This document shows positions 1 through 10,650 of a DNA stretch of 31,425 bases, piece after piece. The stretch is from assembly GCA_050239825.1 (NCBI GenBank), contig JBFXGO010000029.1, positions 1-31,425 of the forward strand, read 5' to 3'. Position 1 is the first letter of the stretch, and each line of letters starts with the position of its first letter. This stretch comes from a bacterium. GTDB taxonomy: Bacteria; Hydrothermota; 32-111. The notes under the pieces are model-generated. The model saw only the letters and a list, made by a program, of their open reading frames with translations. It had not been told where the DNA came from and ran no database searches. Both the position numbers and the translations under genes were made by a program.

Positions 1-1
1 C

Positions 2-190
2 AATGAACCTCATTCCGCCCTCTCTTATGTCTCTCCTCAACAAGCTCTCATCGGTCTAAAAGATAACATCCTCGCTCAAAGAAAAGCCAATCTCGCTTAT
101 GCTAAATCCATAAGATATAATGCTTGGGCAAAATCTCAAGACTCTTGCTTTTTTAACCGCTCTTTGATAGTATCTCTATCAGTTACTTGA
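2..190 (+). mobile_element. C-terminal end of an IS3/IS481-type (integrase core) transposase, truncated by the window edge
   Basis: Frame 2 reads NEPHSALSYVSPQQALIGLKDNILAQRKANLAYAKSIR...*. This resembles the N-x-R-x-H-S-A-L-G-Y-x-S/T-P...ILxxRxxxL tail of IS3-type transposases. A possible degenerate right end (ggtcaatctcgctgaattactcc) follows at ~191-213. Confidence 0.65.
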
Positions 191-218
191 GGTCAATCTC
201 GCTGAATTACTCCGGTTA

Positions 219-246
219 TTGACTAATATTAGAAGAGTATTATAAT
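219..246 (+). promoter_or_regulatory. sigma70-type promoter of the diguanylate cyclase (probably leaderless)
   Basis: TTGACT(219-224)-16 nt-TATAAT(241-246); the ATG starts at 253; no SD. Confidence 0.65.
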
Positions 247-252
247 AAGCGA

Positions 253-2262
253 ATGGATAAAATCATTCAGAGGCTTGCTATTATACTCTTGTTTCTTGTC
301 TCATTTCTCTTCAATATGTTCTCAAGCTTTTCCCTTCCTCTTTTTATATTGATAATCACTCTGACTGTTCAATTTTTCTGCCTTTCCCTTTATGCACTTA
401 ATAAAAAGTTTTTTGAGGTCCACTTATACTTTCTCATTGTTTTTCTCTTTCTTTTGCCTTTTATTCCAACTGACTTCAGACTTCTCGGATATTTTGCCTC
501 TCTACTTTTTCCTATGATTCTTATATTTCAGAAGCATGATTTGAAAAAGACTGTCTTTGCAATTATTTCTTCTTCAATCTCTTCTATTTTATTCATCATT
601 GCATTTTATGACACCATGTCTATGCTGGTTCTCTCATCACTTGTGATAATGAATATTGTGGCAGTTTACTTTATTTTCAAAGAAAGAAGCGTCTCCGATA
701 CGATGAAAAAGCAGTTTGACAATTATAATGCGAAGAGCAACCTGATAAATGTCTCTCCATTCATGCCCAATAAAGAGCGCGTAATGGAAAATGAAACATC
801 CTATGGAAGAAAGATAATTTCTCAGATAGAGGAGGCTGTTGCGGCAATCGTCGAAATCGCCGCAAAGTGCATTGACGCCCGCTCAGTGATTTTCATGATT
901 TATGACGAGGAAAATGACCTGCTGTTTATTGAAACCGGTGTCTCCGCAGAGGAGATAAATTTAAAAAAAAGCATTACAGACAAGAACAATATTCTTTACT
1001 GGGTCGTTCAGAACAGAAAGGAGGTTTCTGATAATCTTTTCATAGGAGACCCCAAGAGTCTCTGCATATATCCAAGCGAGGCGATTATTCGTTCGATAAT
1101 CGCAGTTCCCGTGCTTTATGGAAATCATGTTTCCGGGGTTCTATTATTTGATTCCGAGGAAGAGAGCCGCTTTACCGTTAAGAATATTGAGACTACAAAG
1201 CTTTTTGCAGATGAAATAAGCAGGATATTCTCCTTTGCTCAGTATGCGGAACAGGCCAAAACAGAGGCTACATACCTTTCGCTACTAAACGACTTTGCGC
1301 ACAAACTGAGTCGCACGCTTGTTTATAGCGAGATACTACAAATCATATCGGATGCGGTGTCCCAATTCTTCTCATTCAACCAATCATTTGTTGCATCCGT
1401 AGAGGGTCTGCATGCAAAAGTTCTCTTTTCCTCAAACAAGGAAAAAATTGATTCTTTCAAAGTTGAAAATTCATTTCTTTTTTTGGCGTCTTCGGAGAGC
1501 GAACTCTTTTACAAGAAGAGTCTGCAGAAAAGGGAGATACCTCTCCCAATTTTATATAAAGGCGAAAGTTTAAGGAAAATCGATTTTGCCCTTTCCCTTC
1601 CCATATTCCAGACAGGAGGAAGAACTGACTATTTCATATTCGCTTCGGATAAAAGGAACATAGACATAGGTCTGACGGCAGAGATAGTGCTTAATTTTAT
1701 TTCGGACATTTCAAAGACAGCCGTGGAAAAATCAATGCTGTATGAACAGACAAGAGAGCTCTCTATTAAGGACGGGCTCACAAATTTGTACAACCACAGA
1801 TACTTTCAGGAAGAGCTTACTAAGATGATGAACAGCGCAAAGCGCATACAAGGAAAGCTTGCGATTGCTCTTGTTGATATTGATTTCTTCAAGAAATTCA
1901 ATGACACATACGGACATCAGGTGGGAGATTTGGTTTTAAAGCATCTTTCAAGAATAATGTTGACTTCCGTAAGAGAGACCGACCTTGTAGCACGGTACGG
2001 CGGGGAGGAGTTTGTTATAGTGCTTTCTAACATTGCACAGGAATCTCCCATGACGGTTCTCGAACAGATAAGAAAGAGGGTGGAATCCTTGCCACTCACT
2101 CATGAATCGCTCTCTGCGTCTCTCTCTGTGACAATAAGCATTGGGTATTCAATCTATCCGAATGACTCTGAAAGCAAAGTGGAGCTCATTAAAATGGCTG
2201 ATGAGGCATTGTACGATGCAAAGAAGAGCGGAAGAAATCAGGTTAAGAATTACAACAAATAA
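253..2262 (+). CDS. Membrane-bound GAF-domain diguanylate cyclase (GGDEF)
   Basis: N-terminal multi-TM region and two GAF-like segments. C-terminal DGLTNLYNHRYF, DIDFFKKFNDTYGH, an RETD I-site and an intact GGEEF motif. Confidence 0.93.
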   Translation: MDKIIQRLAIILLFLVSFLFNMFSSFSLPLFILIITLTVQFFCLSLYALNKKFFEVHLYFLIVFLFLLPFIPTDFRLLGYFASLLFPMILIFQKHDLKKTVFAIISSSISSILFIIAFYDTMSMLVLSSLVIMNIVAVYFIFKERSVSDTMKKQFDNYNAKSNLINVSPFMPNKERVMENETSYGRKIISQIEEAVAAIVEIAAKCIDARSVIFMIYDEENDLLFIETGVSAEEINLKKSITDKNNILYWVVQNRKEVSDNLFIGDPKSLCIYPSEAIIRSIIAVPVLYGNHVSGVLLFDSEEESRFTVKNIETTKLFADEISRIFSFAQYAEQAKTEATYLSLLNDFAHKLSRTLVYSEILQIISDAVSQFFSFNQSFVASVEGLHAKVLFSSNKEKIDSFKVENSFLFLASSESELFYKKSLQKREIPLPILYKGESLRKIDFALSLPIFQTGGRTDYFIFASDKRNIDIGLTAEIVLNFISDISKTAVEKSMLYEQTRELSIKDGLTNLYNHRYFQEELTKMMNSAKRIQGKLAIALVDIDFFKKFNDTYGHQVGDLVLKHLSRIMLTSVRETDLVARYGGEEFVIVLSNIAQESPMTVLEQIRKRVESLPLTHESLSASLSVTISIGYSIYPNDSESKVELIKMADEALYDAKKSGRNQVKNYNK

Positions 2263-2924
2263 TCCTTTATTTTTTTATAGAGTTTATAAGTCGAGAAAAC
2301 ATCTCTTGAACAGTACTCCGCTATCTCCCTGTATTTTTTTTCATTAAAGAATTTCTGCACATCCTTTCCGGAAAGCCCATCTTCCTTTGGATTGACTACT
2401 CCGTAAGTTTTGCAGTACATTTCCAGATTGACGCCTTTAATCGCACCGAAGAATGTCAGAACATCAAAAAGGTCGATATGTTCATCCCGTCTGAATCTAT
2501 TTGTATTTATACTGCGGGTCGGTTTTATTCCAAGGAGTGATGCCCTCAGCGCTATGAATGGGCAGTCGAATTTTAATCCATTGAAAGTGATGAATTTTGA
2601 GGCATTCTTTATCCTGTCATAGAATGCCTTAATTATCTCCTTCTCTGTGCAGACAGAGAACCTGTAGTAATAGTCGTCTTTTTTATAATCCGAAGAAACA
2701 TTGAACAGGTTCTCCTCGCGGCTCTGGTAGAATGTCTCTACTTCTCTCTTCTCGTTGTTCAGTATTGATATGGCGGCTATTTCGCCCGTCATTGCATTCA
2801 AACCAAGCATATCCTCCGCTTTTTCGTCTTCTCTGCTTCTGTTTTTGAGATACTCCCGTGTTCCTTCATCAAGCTTTTCCCAATTGCAACCTATTGTCTC
2901 AATATCAAAACACATTTCAATCAT
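2250..2924 (-). CDS. PolB-like 3'-5' exonuclease (RNase H-like, DEDDy)
   Basis: ExoI FDIET, ExoII TFNGLKFD and ExoIII YCSRD motifs. Confidence 0.85.
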   Translation of the reverse strand: MIEMCFDIETIGCNWEKLDEGTREYLKNRSREDEKAEDMLGLNAMTGEIAAISILNNEKREVETFYQSREENLFNVSSDYKKDDYYYRFSVCTEKEIIKAFYDRIKNASKFITFNGLKFDCPFIALRASLLGIKPTRSINTNRFRRDEHIDLFDVLTFFGAIKGVNLEMYCKTYGVVNPKEDGLSGKDVQKFFNEKKYREIAEYCSRDVFSTYKLYKKIKDYLL

Positions 2925-3607
2925 TTTTTCCTCCCTGTTAATCCGATTTCAAGAAATATTCTCTTCAAGTCATTAGGAGTCGAAGCGATAAATGTCGGTT
3001 TTGCCTTATCAATTTCCAGTCTCTTTGAGTATCCATACCTGACTCCTATCGAATCAAGACCGTGCTTTTTTGCTCCTGCAATGTCAGAATCCCTGTCACC
3101 CACCATAATTAATTCCCCTTCACACTTTTTCGACCACTTTGCCAGAGCAATTCCTATCAATTCTTTTTTTGTCGAGTTTCTTCCGTCCATTTCGCTCCCG
3201 AAAACATCCGTAAAATAATCAATGAGTCCGTACATGCGCAGAATGCGCTTTGCATAGAGCCGCGGTTTGATTGTTGTTAAAAAGACCATGCTTCTGTTTT
3301 TGCTCAGATCCATCAGAATATTTTCCATCATAGGGTAAACTCTATTGTTTTTTATTCCTTTTTTGGCAAAATACTCCCTGTATTTCTTTATGGCAAAGTC
3401 TATTTTTTCAGAGTCATCTGTCTTCAGTATTTCGCTGTATATAAGTTTGAGCGGCTCTCCGATATAATGCTTCAGCTCTTCCCGCGTCACATCATGAACA
3501 TCCGATTTTTTCAGCGAGTATAGAAGAGAATCAAGTATTCCTTCCTGTGAATCCGTTATTGTGCCGTCAAGATCAAATATCGCTCCGCAGTATTTTTTAT
3601 GCCTCAT
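2921..3607 (-). CDS. HAD-superfamily hydrolase (phosphoglycolate phosphatase/5'-nucleotidase-like)
   Basis: Motif I FDLDGTITDS, motif IV MVGDRDSDI, and GVRYGY. Confidence 0.88.
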   Translation of the reverse strand: MRHKKYCGAIFDLDGTITDSQEGILDSLLYSLKKSDVHDVTREELKHYIGEPLKLIYSEILKTDDSEKIDFAIKKYREYFAKKGIKNNRVYPMMENILMDLSKNRSMVFLTTIKPRLYAKRILRMYGLIDYFTDVFGSEMDGRNSTKKELIGIALAKWSKKCEGELIMVGDRDSDIAGAKKHGLDSIGVRYGYSKRLEIDKAKPTFIASTPNDLKRIFLEIGLTGRKK

Positions 3608-4142
3608 TTTCTCTCAGTATCCTTTCCAGTCTCTTTATTTCTCTCAGAGTACCCATGTTGCCTTCTCTTTCGCTCACATACATTCCGCTCAGTTGTCCTT
3701 CAAGATAAAGATAGGAGGCGAGAAATTGGAGATATGCTTCGTGACATGATTCATTATTGTCAAGACTCTTCAACTCGTCTTTTAGAGTTTCGAACAATTG
3801 CTTGATACTCTCAGTCGGATACTCCTGCCTCCTGAGTATCCTGAGAGATTTGGCGGCATAGTCAAATGCCTGAAGATTTTTCATTATATTTTCGGGATAG
3901 AAGAGAAGGTCGGCCCTTGTGATAGTGTGAATCTGTCTTCCCTCCCTGTAAAGAAATTCTATGCTGTTTACTGAAAGCGGCTCAAGGTGGGAAGAAAAAC
4001 TTTTTTTCTTTCTGTAAATTCCTCTTGCCATGAGAGTGTGCCTGCCCATAACCGGAGAAAATATTTCTATCAGGGCTGAAGTTTCTCTATACCTGCTCTT
4101 CTTGATCACCACGGCTTCAGACTTAACGAATCCCTCTTTCAT
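3597..4142 (-). CDS. recO: DNA repair protein RecO (short form)
   Basis: N-terminal OB-fold pattern AVVIKKSRYRETSALIEIFSPVMGRHTLMARG...LEP; located in a phoH-ybeY cluster. Only 181 aa. Confidence 0.8.
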   Translation of the reverse strand: MKEGFVKSEAVVIKKSRYRETSALIEIFSPVMGRHTLMARGIYRKKKSFSSHLEPLSVNSIEFLYREGRQIHTITRADLLFYPENIMKNLQAFDYAAKSLRILRRQEYPTESIKQLFETLKDELKSLDNNESCHEAYLQFLASYLYLEGQLSGMYVSEREGNMGTLREIKRLERILRENEA

Positions 4143-4990
4143 GCGCGCTTTGGAAATCCTTTTCCTAAAACTTCGTGCACATTTGTCACTACGACAAAGG
4201 CATTCTTGTCAACATCCTGTATCAACTGAGTGAGTATTGACATCTCTCTCTTTGAAACAACGCAGTACAATACCATCTTCTCCTCTTTGAGATACATGCC
4301 CAAACCTTTAAAAGCGGACACTCCTCTTGAGAGATTTTTCATTATCGAATGAGATATCTCTTCCGGCTTCTCTGTGAAGATATAGACTCCGCTCGCATAA
4401 TCCTGGCCTTCAAGGACAATATCTATCACCTTGCTTGAAAGAAACAGAGTTATGAATGAATATAGTATCAGTTCATAATTCTTGAAAACAGCTCCGGATA
4501 TAAGGATTATGATTGAATCAATCATAAATATCGAGTAGCCGACTGAAAATGAGGTGTATTTGCTCATCAGTCTGCCAACTATGTCAGACCCACCCGTGCT
4601 TCCCCTTCCTTTGAAGATAAATCCCAGACCCATACCAAGAAAAACGCCTCCGTAGACAGCCGAAAGGAGAGGATTACCCTCGAAAACAAGAAACTTGAAT
4701 AGGTATGCGAACATATCGGAGATTATACTTATCAGTATCACTGCAATTATTGTGCGCACTCCAAAGATTGCTCCGAACTGCTTCATGCCGATGATAAGAA
4801 GCGGTATGTTGGCTATAAGAAGAACAGCTCCGAATGGAGTGTTGAATATGTGATGAAGTATCATTGAAATTCCGGATAAACCTCCGGTGTTGATCTTTGC
4901 GGGGACAAGAAAGAAGGAGTAAGACACCGGGCATAGGATTATTCCTATAGCCATGTAAAAGAAATCTTTGTAATTATTCCTCATTTGCAT
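4139..4990 (-). CDS. YitT family membrane protein (DUF161/DUF2179)
   Basis: TGGLSGIS, NIPLL, GSTGGSDIV, and a C-terminal DKNAFVVVTNVHEVLGKGF. Confidence 0.92.
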   Translation of the reverse strand: MQMRNNYKDFFYMAIGIILCPVSYSFFLVPAKINTGGLSGISMILHHIFNTPFGAVLLIANIPLLIIGMKQFGAIFGVRTIIAVILISIISDMFAYLFKFLVFEGNPLLSAVYGGVFLGMGLGFIFKGRGSTGGSDIVGRLMSKYTSFSVGYSIFMIDSIIILISGAVFKNYELILYSFITLFLSSKVIDIVLEGQDYASGVYIFTEKPEEISHSIMKNLSRGVSAFKGLGMYLKEEKMVLYCVVSKREMSILTQLIQDVDKNAFVVVTNVHEVLGKGFPKRA

Positions 4991-6215
4991 CAGTCCTTTC
5001 TATTTCAATTTTTTTCGCTGTAAAGTTTTTTACTTTTACAACTCTTATTTTACAGATATTTTCAAATGTTGCAATATCATTTTCCTCAGGGATTTTTTTA
5101 AGATAGGTCATCAGAAGACCTGCCATCGTTTCGTATTTCGGTGATAGAGGCAGTTTGATTTTCAATGATTCATTAACATCTTCAACTCTTTCGTCTCCAT
5201 CCAGTATAAATTTTCCGTCCTTTTCTCTCACCTCTTCTTCAATATCGTATTCATCCGAGATATCCCCTATCAGCTCCTCTACAATATCCTCAATAGTTAC
5301 TATCCCAGCCACTCCTCCATATTCGTCTATTACAACAGCCATATGCACATTGCTCTTCTTCATCTCAATCATGGCAATATCGAGAGTAAGGGTCTCTGGA
5401 AAAAACAGAATCTTTCTTATGATGCCCTTTATCTTTGCAGGATTCTCAACCGCAAGGTCATTCACATTCAATACTCCTATTATATCATCTTCCGAGTTTT
5501 CGTACACAGGGTATCTTGTATATACTTTTTTAGCGGATTGTATTCTTTTATTTATCTTCCGAACATCTTCGTGCACATTCATAAAGATTGCCTCTCTCCG
5601 TGGAATCATAGTATCTCCGACTTTCTTATCGCTGAATCGGAAAATTCCTTTGAGCATATTTGATTCATACTCCGCAGATTTCGAAATGTCTATATTGCTG
5701 AGTATAAGCTGTTCCACATCCGCAGAACTTAGATGCGGATTCTCTTCCTGATGAGAATTTTTTTTGAGCAGTTTCATCGAAAATTCCGCAATTGAAGAAG
5801 ATAGAAGAATGACGGGATAGAGTATGATATAGAGTGTTTTTATCAGAGGCGCATATATTAACGCCATCTTCTCCGGGATTGATGACGCTATGGATTTTGG
5901 AAGAATCTCTCCGAAAAGAAGAACCACTGCTGATACTCCAAGCGATAACATGAGAGAGGATGAAACTGACGCTTTTTCGAGGAAAAGAGATTCCGCTGTC
6001 ATTGCAAGCACAGTATTGGCAATGTTGTTTCCTACAAGCACGGTATACAGATAGACCTTGGGGGTCGAGAGAAGTGAATAAAGAAATCTGTAAGCTCTGC
6101 TGCTCTTTGAACGGATTTTTACATACAATTTGTCTGATGCGACAAAAGACATCTCGCTTGAAGAGAATAAAAATGACATCGCAAGAAAGACTGCAAAGAG
6201 TATGTACTCTTTCAT
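4974..6215 (-). CDS. Hemolysin-family CNNM (DUF21)-CBS-CorC/HlyC protein
   Basis: FSSSEMS, VLVGNNIAN, FGEILPKS, CBS motif VIDEYGGVAGIVTIEDIVEELIGDI, and C-terminal YETMAGL. Confidence 0.92.
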   Translation of the reverse strand: MKEYILFAVFLAMSFLFSSSEMSFVASDKLYVKIRSKSSRAYRFLYSLLSTPKVYLYTVLVGNNIANTVLAMTAESLFLEKASVSSSLMLSLGVSAVVLLFGEILPKSIASSIPEKMALIYAPLIKTLYIILYPVILLSSSIAEFSMKLLKKNSHQEENPHLSSADVEQLILSNIDISKSAEYESNMLKGIFRFSDKKVGDTMIPRREAIFMNVHEDVRKINKRIQSAKKVYTRYPVYENSEDDIIGVLNVNDLAVENPAKIKGIIRKILFFPETLTLDIAMIEMKKSNVHMAVVIDEYGGVAGIVTIEDIVEELIGDISDEYDIEEEVREKDGKFILDGDERVEDVNESLKIKLPLSPKYETMAGLLMTYLKKIPEENDIATFENICKIRVVKVKNFTAKKIEIERTDANEE

Positions 6216-7159
6216 TCTTCCTCCTGAAGCGGTTTCACTATATCATCTACTATGTCCTGAAGAGTTACTATTCCGAGCGTCTTTCCCAAAGAATCAACCA
6301 GCACCGCCATATGAGTCTTGTTCTTGAGAAAATAATTCATTACCTTGAATACAGGAGCTCTGTAATCTATCTTGTGGGCTTTCCTCATATTGCTTTCAAC
6401 AGGAGATTTGGGGTCCATATTGATAATGTCTTTCATATAAAACACTCCGATTATGGAGTCAATATCATTTGATACAACCGGCACTCTTGACAGACGGTAC
6501 CTCTTGAAAAGAAGACCTGCCTGAAGAACCGTTGCGGTGGATTTCAGGTAAATTATGCCATCCCGCGGCACAGCCACAGAGAGTATCTCTCTGTTCTTAA
6601 GGTCTCCGTATTTTTCCAAAAATTCCACCTCATCCTTGACATGCTCCTCATTCTCTTTGAGGTATGATAGAACCTCATTCATTCCACTGTTTTTTCTTGA
6701 CACTCTTCTCTTTTTTTTGCCGAATATTTTTTCAGTTAGCAAAACAAGAGGGGAAAAAATGTAAAATATTAGAAAGGCGGGAATCAAAATATAAATGAAC
6801 AACTTTCTATTGTTTATGGCAAGCGCCTTTGGCGTTACCTCACAGAACATCAGTAGCACAAGAGTTATCACAATCACCTTCATAAGAGCGTACTCGCCGC
6901 CGGCAAATCCCAATCTTTCAAATAATAGATTTGAAAGCGAAACAAAGGCTATGTTTACAATTGTATTGAGAAATAGAAGAGAAGAGAGGAATGCGCTTCT
7001 GTTTTTTGACAGACTGCCCAATATCCTTGCAGTCAAATGATTTCCCTTTGTAAACCTCTTTATTTCAAGATCCGTAAATGAGAAGAAGAGAGTCTCGCTA
7101 CCTGAAAATATAAATGAAGCTGCCATAAGAGAGATAAGCAGAAAAACGATTAAAAACAT
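6212..7159 (-). CDS. CNNM (DUF21)-CBS protein lacking the CorC/HlyC C-terminal domain
   Basis: FSGSET, CEVTPK, SRVPV and HMAVLVDSLGKTLGIVTLQDIV; tandem paralog of the downstream gene. Confidence 0.88.
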   Translation of the reverse strand: MFLIVFLLISLMAASFIFSGSETLFFSFTDLEIKRFTKGNHLTARILGSLSKNRSAFLSSLLFLNTIVNIAFVSLSNLLFERLGFAGGEYALMKVIVITLVLLMFCEVTPKALAINNRKLFIYILIPAFLIFYIFSPLVLLTEKIFGKKKRRVSRKNSGMNEVLSYLKENEEHVKDEVEFLEKYGDLKNREILSVAVPRDGIIYLKSTATVLQAGLLFKRYRLSRVPVVSNDIDSIIGVFYMKDIINMDPKSPVESNMRKAHKIDYRAPVFKVMNYFLKNKTHMAVLVDSLGKTLGIVTLQDIVDDIVKPLQEEE

Positions 7160-7162
7160 ATA

Positions 7163-7603
7163 TCAGTCTGTATTTATAAGTTTCAGAAATTTATCTTCAA
7201 GGGATATGAATCTGCCGAGGTCTGCTTCGCCTTTGTGGTCATTGCCAAGAAGGTGAAGGAGTCCGTGGATAATTCTCCTGAGAATTTCCTTGTTATTTTT
7301 GGGTTTTATGTAATCAGGGCATATGTAGATATCGCCCAGCATGTCAAGAGAGTATTGTTTGAACTTTCCTTCAAGCATTGAAAATGTTATCACATCGGTC
7401 GGTTTGTCCTTTCCCCTGAACTTCCTGTTCATAATTCTTATCTCAGAAAGAGTAACAAATACTATGTTCACCTGCACTCCTGTCAGACTGTTTATCAGCA
7501 GTACATCATTGGCCCAATCTGATATGGCACCGATCTTAACTGAAACATCCTTCGGTTTATTGAATATTTTGATTTTATTCTTTGCTAATGCCGCCATAAT
7601 CAA
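7163..7603 (-). CDS. ybeY: rRNA maturation endoribonuclease YbeY
   Basis: NRKFRGKDKPTDVITF, LGDIYIC and HGLLHLLGNDH (H3xH5xH). Confidence 0.93.
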   Translation of the reverse strand: MIMAALAKNKIKIFNKPKDVSVKIGAISDWANDVLLINSLTGVQVNIVFVTLSEIRIMNRKFRGKDKPTDVITFSMLEGKFKQYSLDMLGDIYICPDYIKPKNNKEILRRIIHGLLHLLGNDHKGEADLGRFISLEDKFLKLINTD

Positions 7604-9716
7604 CTCTCGGATGATATATCCCTTTTAATGCGGAAAGAAAAACATCTCTCACTAAAAGTATTTGGGAAACAGAGATTTCACTCTCATTGAACTGCCCCTC
7701 CCTCAACTTCTTTTCAAATATTGATTCAACAAGCCGCCTTATTGATAACTCGTCCGCCTCTGGGAGAGAGCGCACTCCGGCCTCCACAGAATCAGCCAGC
7801 ATCACAATGGTCTCTTCTATTGTCTTCGGAAGAGGGCCGTCATATTTGTACTTGTTCTCGTCTGTTGCAGAATCCTGTGACTTGGATTTTTCAAGAAAAT
7901 ACTCTATTGCCGAAGTACCATGATGACTTCTGATAAATGCCGTAACTTGAGAAGGCATTCTGTGTTTTCTGGCCAGCTTTTCTCCGTTCTTTATATGTTC
8001 CTTGATTATTGTCGCCGATATTTCCGGCGGCAGCGACTGATGCGGGTTGAAGCTTCTGTTTTGATTTTCAATAAAATACTCGGGTTTCTCGATTTTCCCG
8101 ATATCATGAAAATAGCCCCCCACCTTTGCCATCAGTTCGTCTGCATTTAGAGCCACAGCCGCCTTCTCGGCAAGCGAAGCCACTATCATTGAATGATTGA
8201 AAGTGCCGGATGTCTTTTCCGCAAGCTCTTTCAGCAGAGGATGGTTCAAATCCGAGAGCTCCATAAGCGAGATTCTTGTCACTCTTCCAAGCGTTCTCTC
8301 AAGAATTTGTATGATAGCGGTCACAAGCAGAACCGATATAACTCCGTTTACAAAGCCATATACGGAGCTCATAAGAGACTGTGTGAATGTTGAATCCCTG
8401 TACAGCTCAATGAAGAATGCAAATACTCCGTTTACAATTCCTATTCCGACTATCACGGAGACAAAATGCATTCTTGTCCCTCTCTCCCTTATCAGAAATA
8501 TCGCATAAATACTTGAAATGAGAAGACCCAAAAGACCGTGCATACGGAGTCCTGAATAGAGTATCATCGCCGATATGTTGAAAAGCAAACCTGCAAGGGC
8601 AAATGTGCGGCTGTAAAGTAGCGACAGAAGCACCGATGAAAGAATTACAGGCAGAAGGTACTCTATATGCGTGAATTGATAGAAGATGCCGTAAAATAGA
8701 AGATTTGAAATGAATACTATGGAGATGAATATTTTGTCGCGTTTTCTTATATTGAGCTTTTTAAACTGAGAATTGGTGAACAGTATGTACAGGAAGAAAA
8801 TTATTATGAATATCATGTTTTTCACAAAGAACCTTGTCAATCTGTCAAATGTATTCACCTTGGGCGACATGTATGTCCTCAAAGATATCAGTTTATCCTC
8901 GACTTCTTCATCGACAATGTCATTTGCCCGCACGATTATTTCGCCCTTCAGAACAACTCCCACCTTCTGAGCCACTTCACTCCTTGCCTTTTCTCTCCTG
9001 AAGGATGTCTCCGCTATGTCAACGGACAGATTCGGCTTCAATATGTACTGCACCAGCTCCAGAGAGTATTTCAGAAGATATGAATTTGATGAATATTTTG
9101 AAGTTATGTCCTGTTTTACAAAATGTATTGCCTCATCCATATCAAATATATCAGTCTCAGATACAATTCTTTCTTTGCCGTTCTTCTCTATCACTATCTT
9201 TTTGTCTCTTCCAAACGGTATACTAACTTTGTCGGATATCAAACCTTTTTCAATTATCTCTTTTACCGCTGTTCGCGAATACTCGATGACCTTGACGCCC
9301 TTATCGGAAAGTAGCACATCTACAAGCTCCTTTGACAAGGCCGGATAGCTTTTCAGAAGAGCTGTTTTCCTGTTTTCATGCTTCCATGTGGATTTATTGA
9401 GAGAATCAATAACATAGGAAAGCCTGCTGATATTTTCAAGAACATCCTTCGCACTCTTATCATTATATAAAAGCACAGGCGGCATATTGTCGTATGCGGC
9501 CTGCCGTTCAGTTTTCAAAGCAGATTCATTTTTAAGCAAGTCAAAGGTGATCGGAGATATAATATCCCGAGGCGCTATGTCTTGCTTTTTTAGATTGGGT
9601 ATTGTATAGACGCTGTACGGAAAAAAGATATTGAATAATACTATAGCAAGCACGAGGATTATGACATCCAAGAGATTGTTCTTAAGCTTATCTCTTAGAA
9701 AAATCAGAATATGCAT
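7575..9716 (-). CDS. 7TM-HD (HDIG) phosphohydrolase, PgpH/YqfF-like (putative c-di-AMP phosphodiesterase)
   Basis: Extracellular 7TMR-HDED-like region and a TM block, then HPLL...GTFNHS...GYFHDIGK...YFIENQ...HHGT...LADSVEA. Lies between phoH and ybeY. Confidence 0.9.
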   Translation of the reverse strand: MHILIFLRDKLKNNLLDVIILVLAIVLFNIFFPYSVYTIPNLKKQDIAPRDIISPITFDLLKNESALKTERQAAYDNMPPVLLYNDKSAKDVLENISRLSYVIDSLNKSTWKHENRKTALLKSYPALSKELVDVLLSDKGVKVIEYSRTAVKEIIEKGLISDKVSIPFGRDKKIVIEKNGKERIVSETDIFDMDEAIHFVKQDITSKYSSNSYLLKYSLELVQYILKPNLSVDIAETSFRREKARSEVAQKVGVVLKGEIIVRANDIVDEEVEDKLISLRTYMSPKVNTFDRLTRFFVKNMIFIIIFFLYILFTNSQFKKLNIRKRDKIFISIVFISNLLFYGIFYQFTHIEYLLPVILSSVLLSLLYSRTFALAGLLFNISAMILYSGLRMHGLLGLLISSIYAIFLIRERGTRMHFVSVIVGIGIVNGVFAFFIELYRDSTFTQSLMSSVYGFVNGVISVLLVTAIIQILERTLGRVTRISLMELSDLNHPLLKELAEKTSGTFNHSMIVASLAEKAAVALNADELMAKVGGYFHDIGKIEKPEYFIENQNRSFNPHQSLPPEISATIIKEHIKNGEKLARKHRMPSQVTAFIRSHHGTSAIEYFLEKSKSQDSATDENKYKYDGPLPKTIEETIVMLADSVEAGVRSLPEADELSIRRLVESIFEKKLREGQFNESEISVSQILLVRDVFLSALKGIYHPRVDYGGISKE

Positions 9717-10608
9717 TTATTATTTCCTTTACTATCGGGTGCCTGACTACATCCTCGCTTCCGAGGTAGACGAAGGATATCAGATCTATTGATTTCACTA
9801 TCTGTTCAAGTTCAACAAGCCCGGATTTTGCAGTTATTGACAGATCTATCTGAGTCACATCTCCCGTAATAATGGCTTTTGAGCGCATTCCAAGACGGGT
9901 CAGAAACATCTTCATCTGCATTGAAGTTGTATTCTGAGCTTCGTCGAGAATCAGATAGGCATTCGAGAGGGTGCGCCCTCTCATATATGCGAGAGGCGCT
10001 ATCTCAATCACTCCGTCGCGGATGAATTTGTCAATTCTGTCTTTGTCTGCGAGGTCATAAAGCGCATCATACAGAGGCCTCAGATATGGGTCAATCTTCT
10101 CTTTGAAATCTCCGGGAAGAAATCCCAGTCTCTCTCCTGCTTCTACAGCGGGACGGGTGAGAATGATTTTGCTCACATTCTTTTTCAAAAGCTCGCTTAA
10201 AGCCTTTGCCACAGCCACAAAAGTTTTGCCTGTGCCCGCAGGTCCTATTGAAATCACAATGTCTGAGGAGTTAAGAGCTTCCACATACTTCTCCTGCCCG
10301 GGAGTGCGCGCTTTGAGTATTTTCTTTGGAAGATAATAGACATTTGATTCTTTCGGCAGAGCCTCTTCATTCAATATTTTCGATATTGAGTGTATGACAT
10401 CCGCCCTTTCAATATACCCCTTTTCCGTCTCCATTTCCGCCAGTTTTGCAATTATCAGATTCAGCTTTTCGAGATCCTCCTGCCTTCCTTCAAAATAAAG
10501 AAGACCCTCATCCTCTGAAATTGAGCCTTTCATATTTGATATTATGAGTTCTTTAAAATTTGGAAATCTTGTAAAGAAATCTGATACTCTGCCGCCTAAA
10601 TGAATCAT
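9688..10608 (-). CDS. phoH: PhoH-like ATPase
   Basis: [47 protein letters not shown] and DVVRH. Confidence 0.95.
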   Translation of the reverse strand: MIHLGGRVSDFFTRFPNFKELIISNMKGSISEDEGLLYFEGRQEDLEKLNLIIAKLAEMETEKGYIERADVIHSISKILNEEALPKESNVYYLPKKILKARTPGQEKYVEALNSSDIVISIGPAGTGKTFVAVAKALSELLKKNVSKIILTRPAVEAGERLGFLPGDFKEKIDPYLRPLYDALYDLADKDRIDKFIRDGVIEIAPLAYMRGRTLSNAYLILDEAQNTTSMQMKMFLTRLGMRSKAIITGDVTQIDLSITAKSGLVELEQIVKSIDLISFVYLGSEDVVRHPIVKEIINAYSDFSKR

Positions 10609-10614
10609 ATTAGT

Positions 10615-10642
10615 TGGGGTTTGGGCAAAAGCCCAAACCCCA
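10615..10642. other. Perfect 12-bp intergenic hairpin between the LysM gene and phoH
   Basis: TGGGGTTTGGGC-AAAA-GCCCAAACCCCA. There is no U-tract in the transcribed (minus) direction. Confidence 0.7.
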
Positions 10643-10650
10643 TAATTTTA

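Noticed and set aside
5155..5751. Long antisense ORFs (e.g. 5155-5751, 5960-6472, 24417-24926)
   Set aside because: They lie opposite well-supported conserved genes and have the Ser/Ile-rich composition of shadow ORFs.
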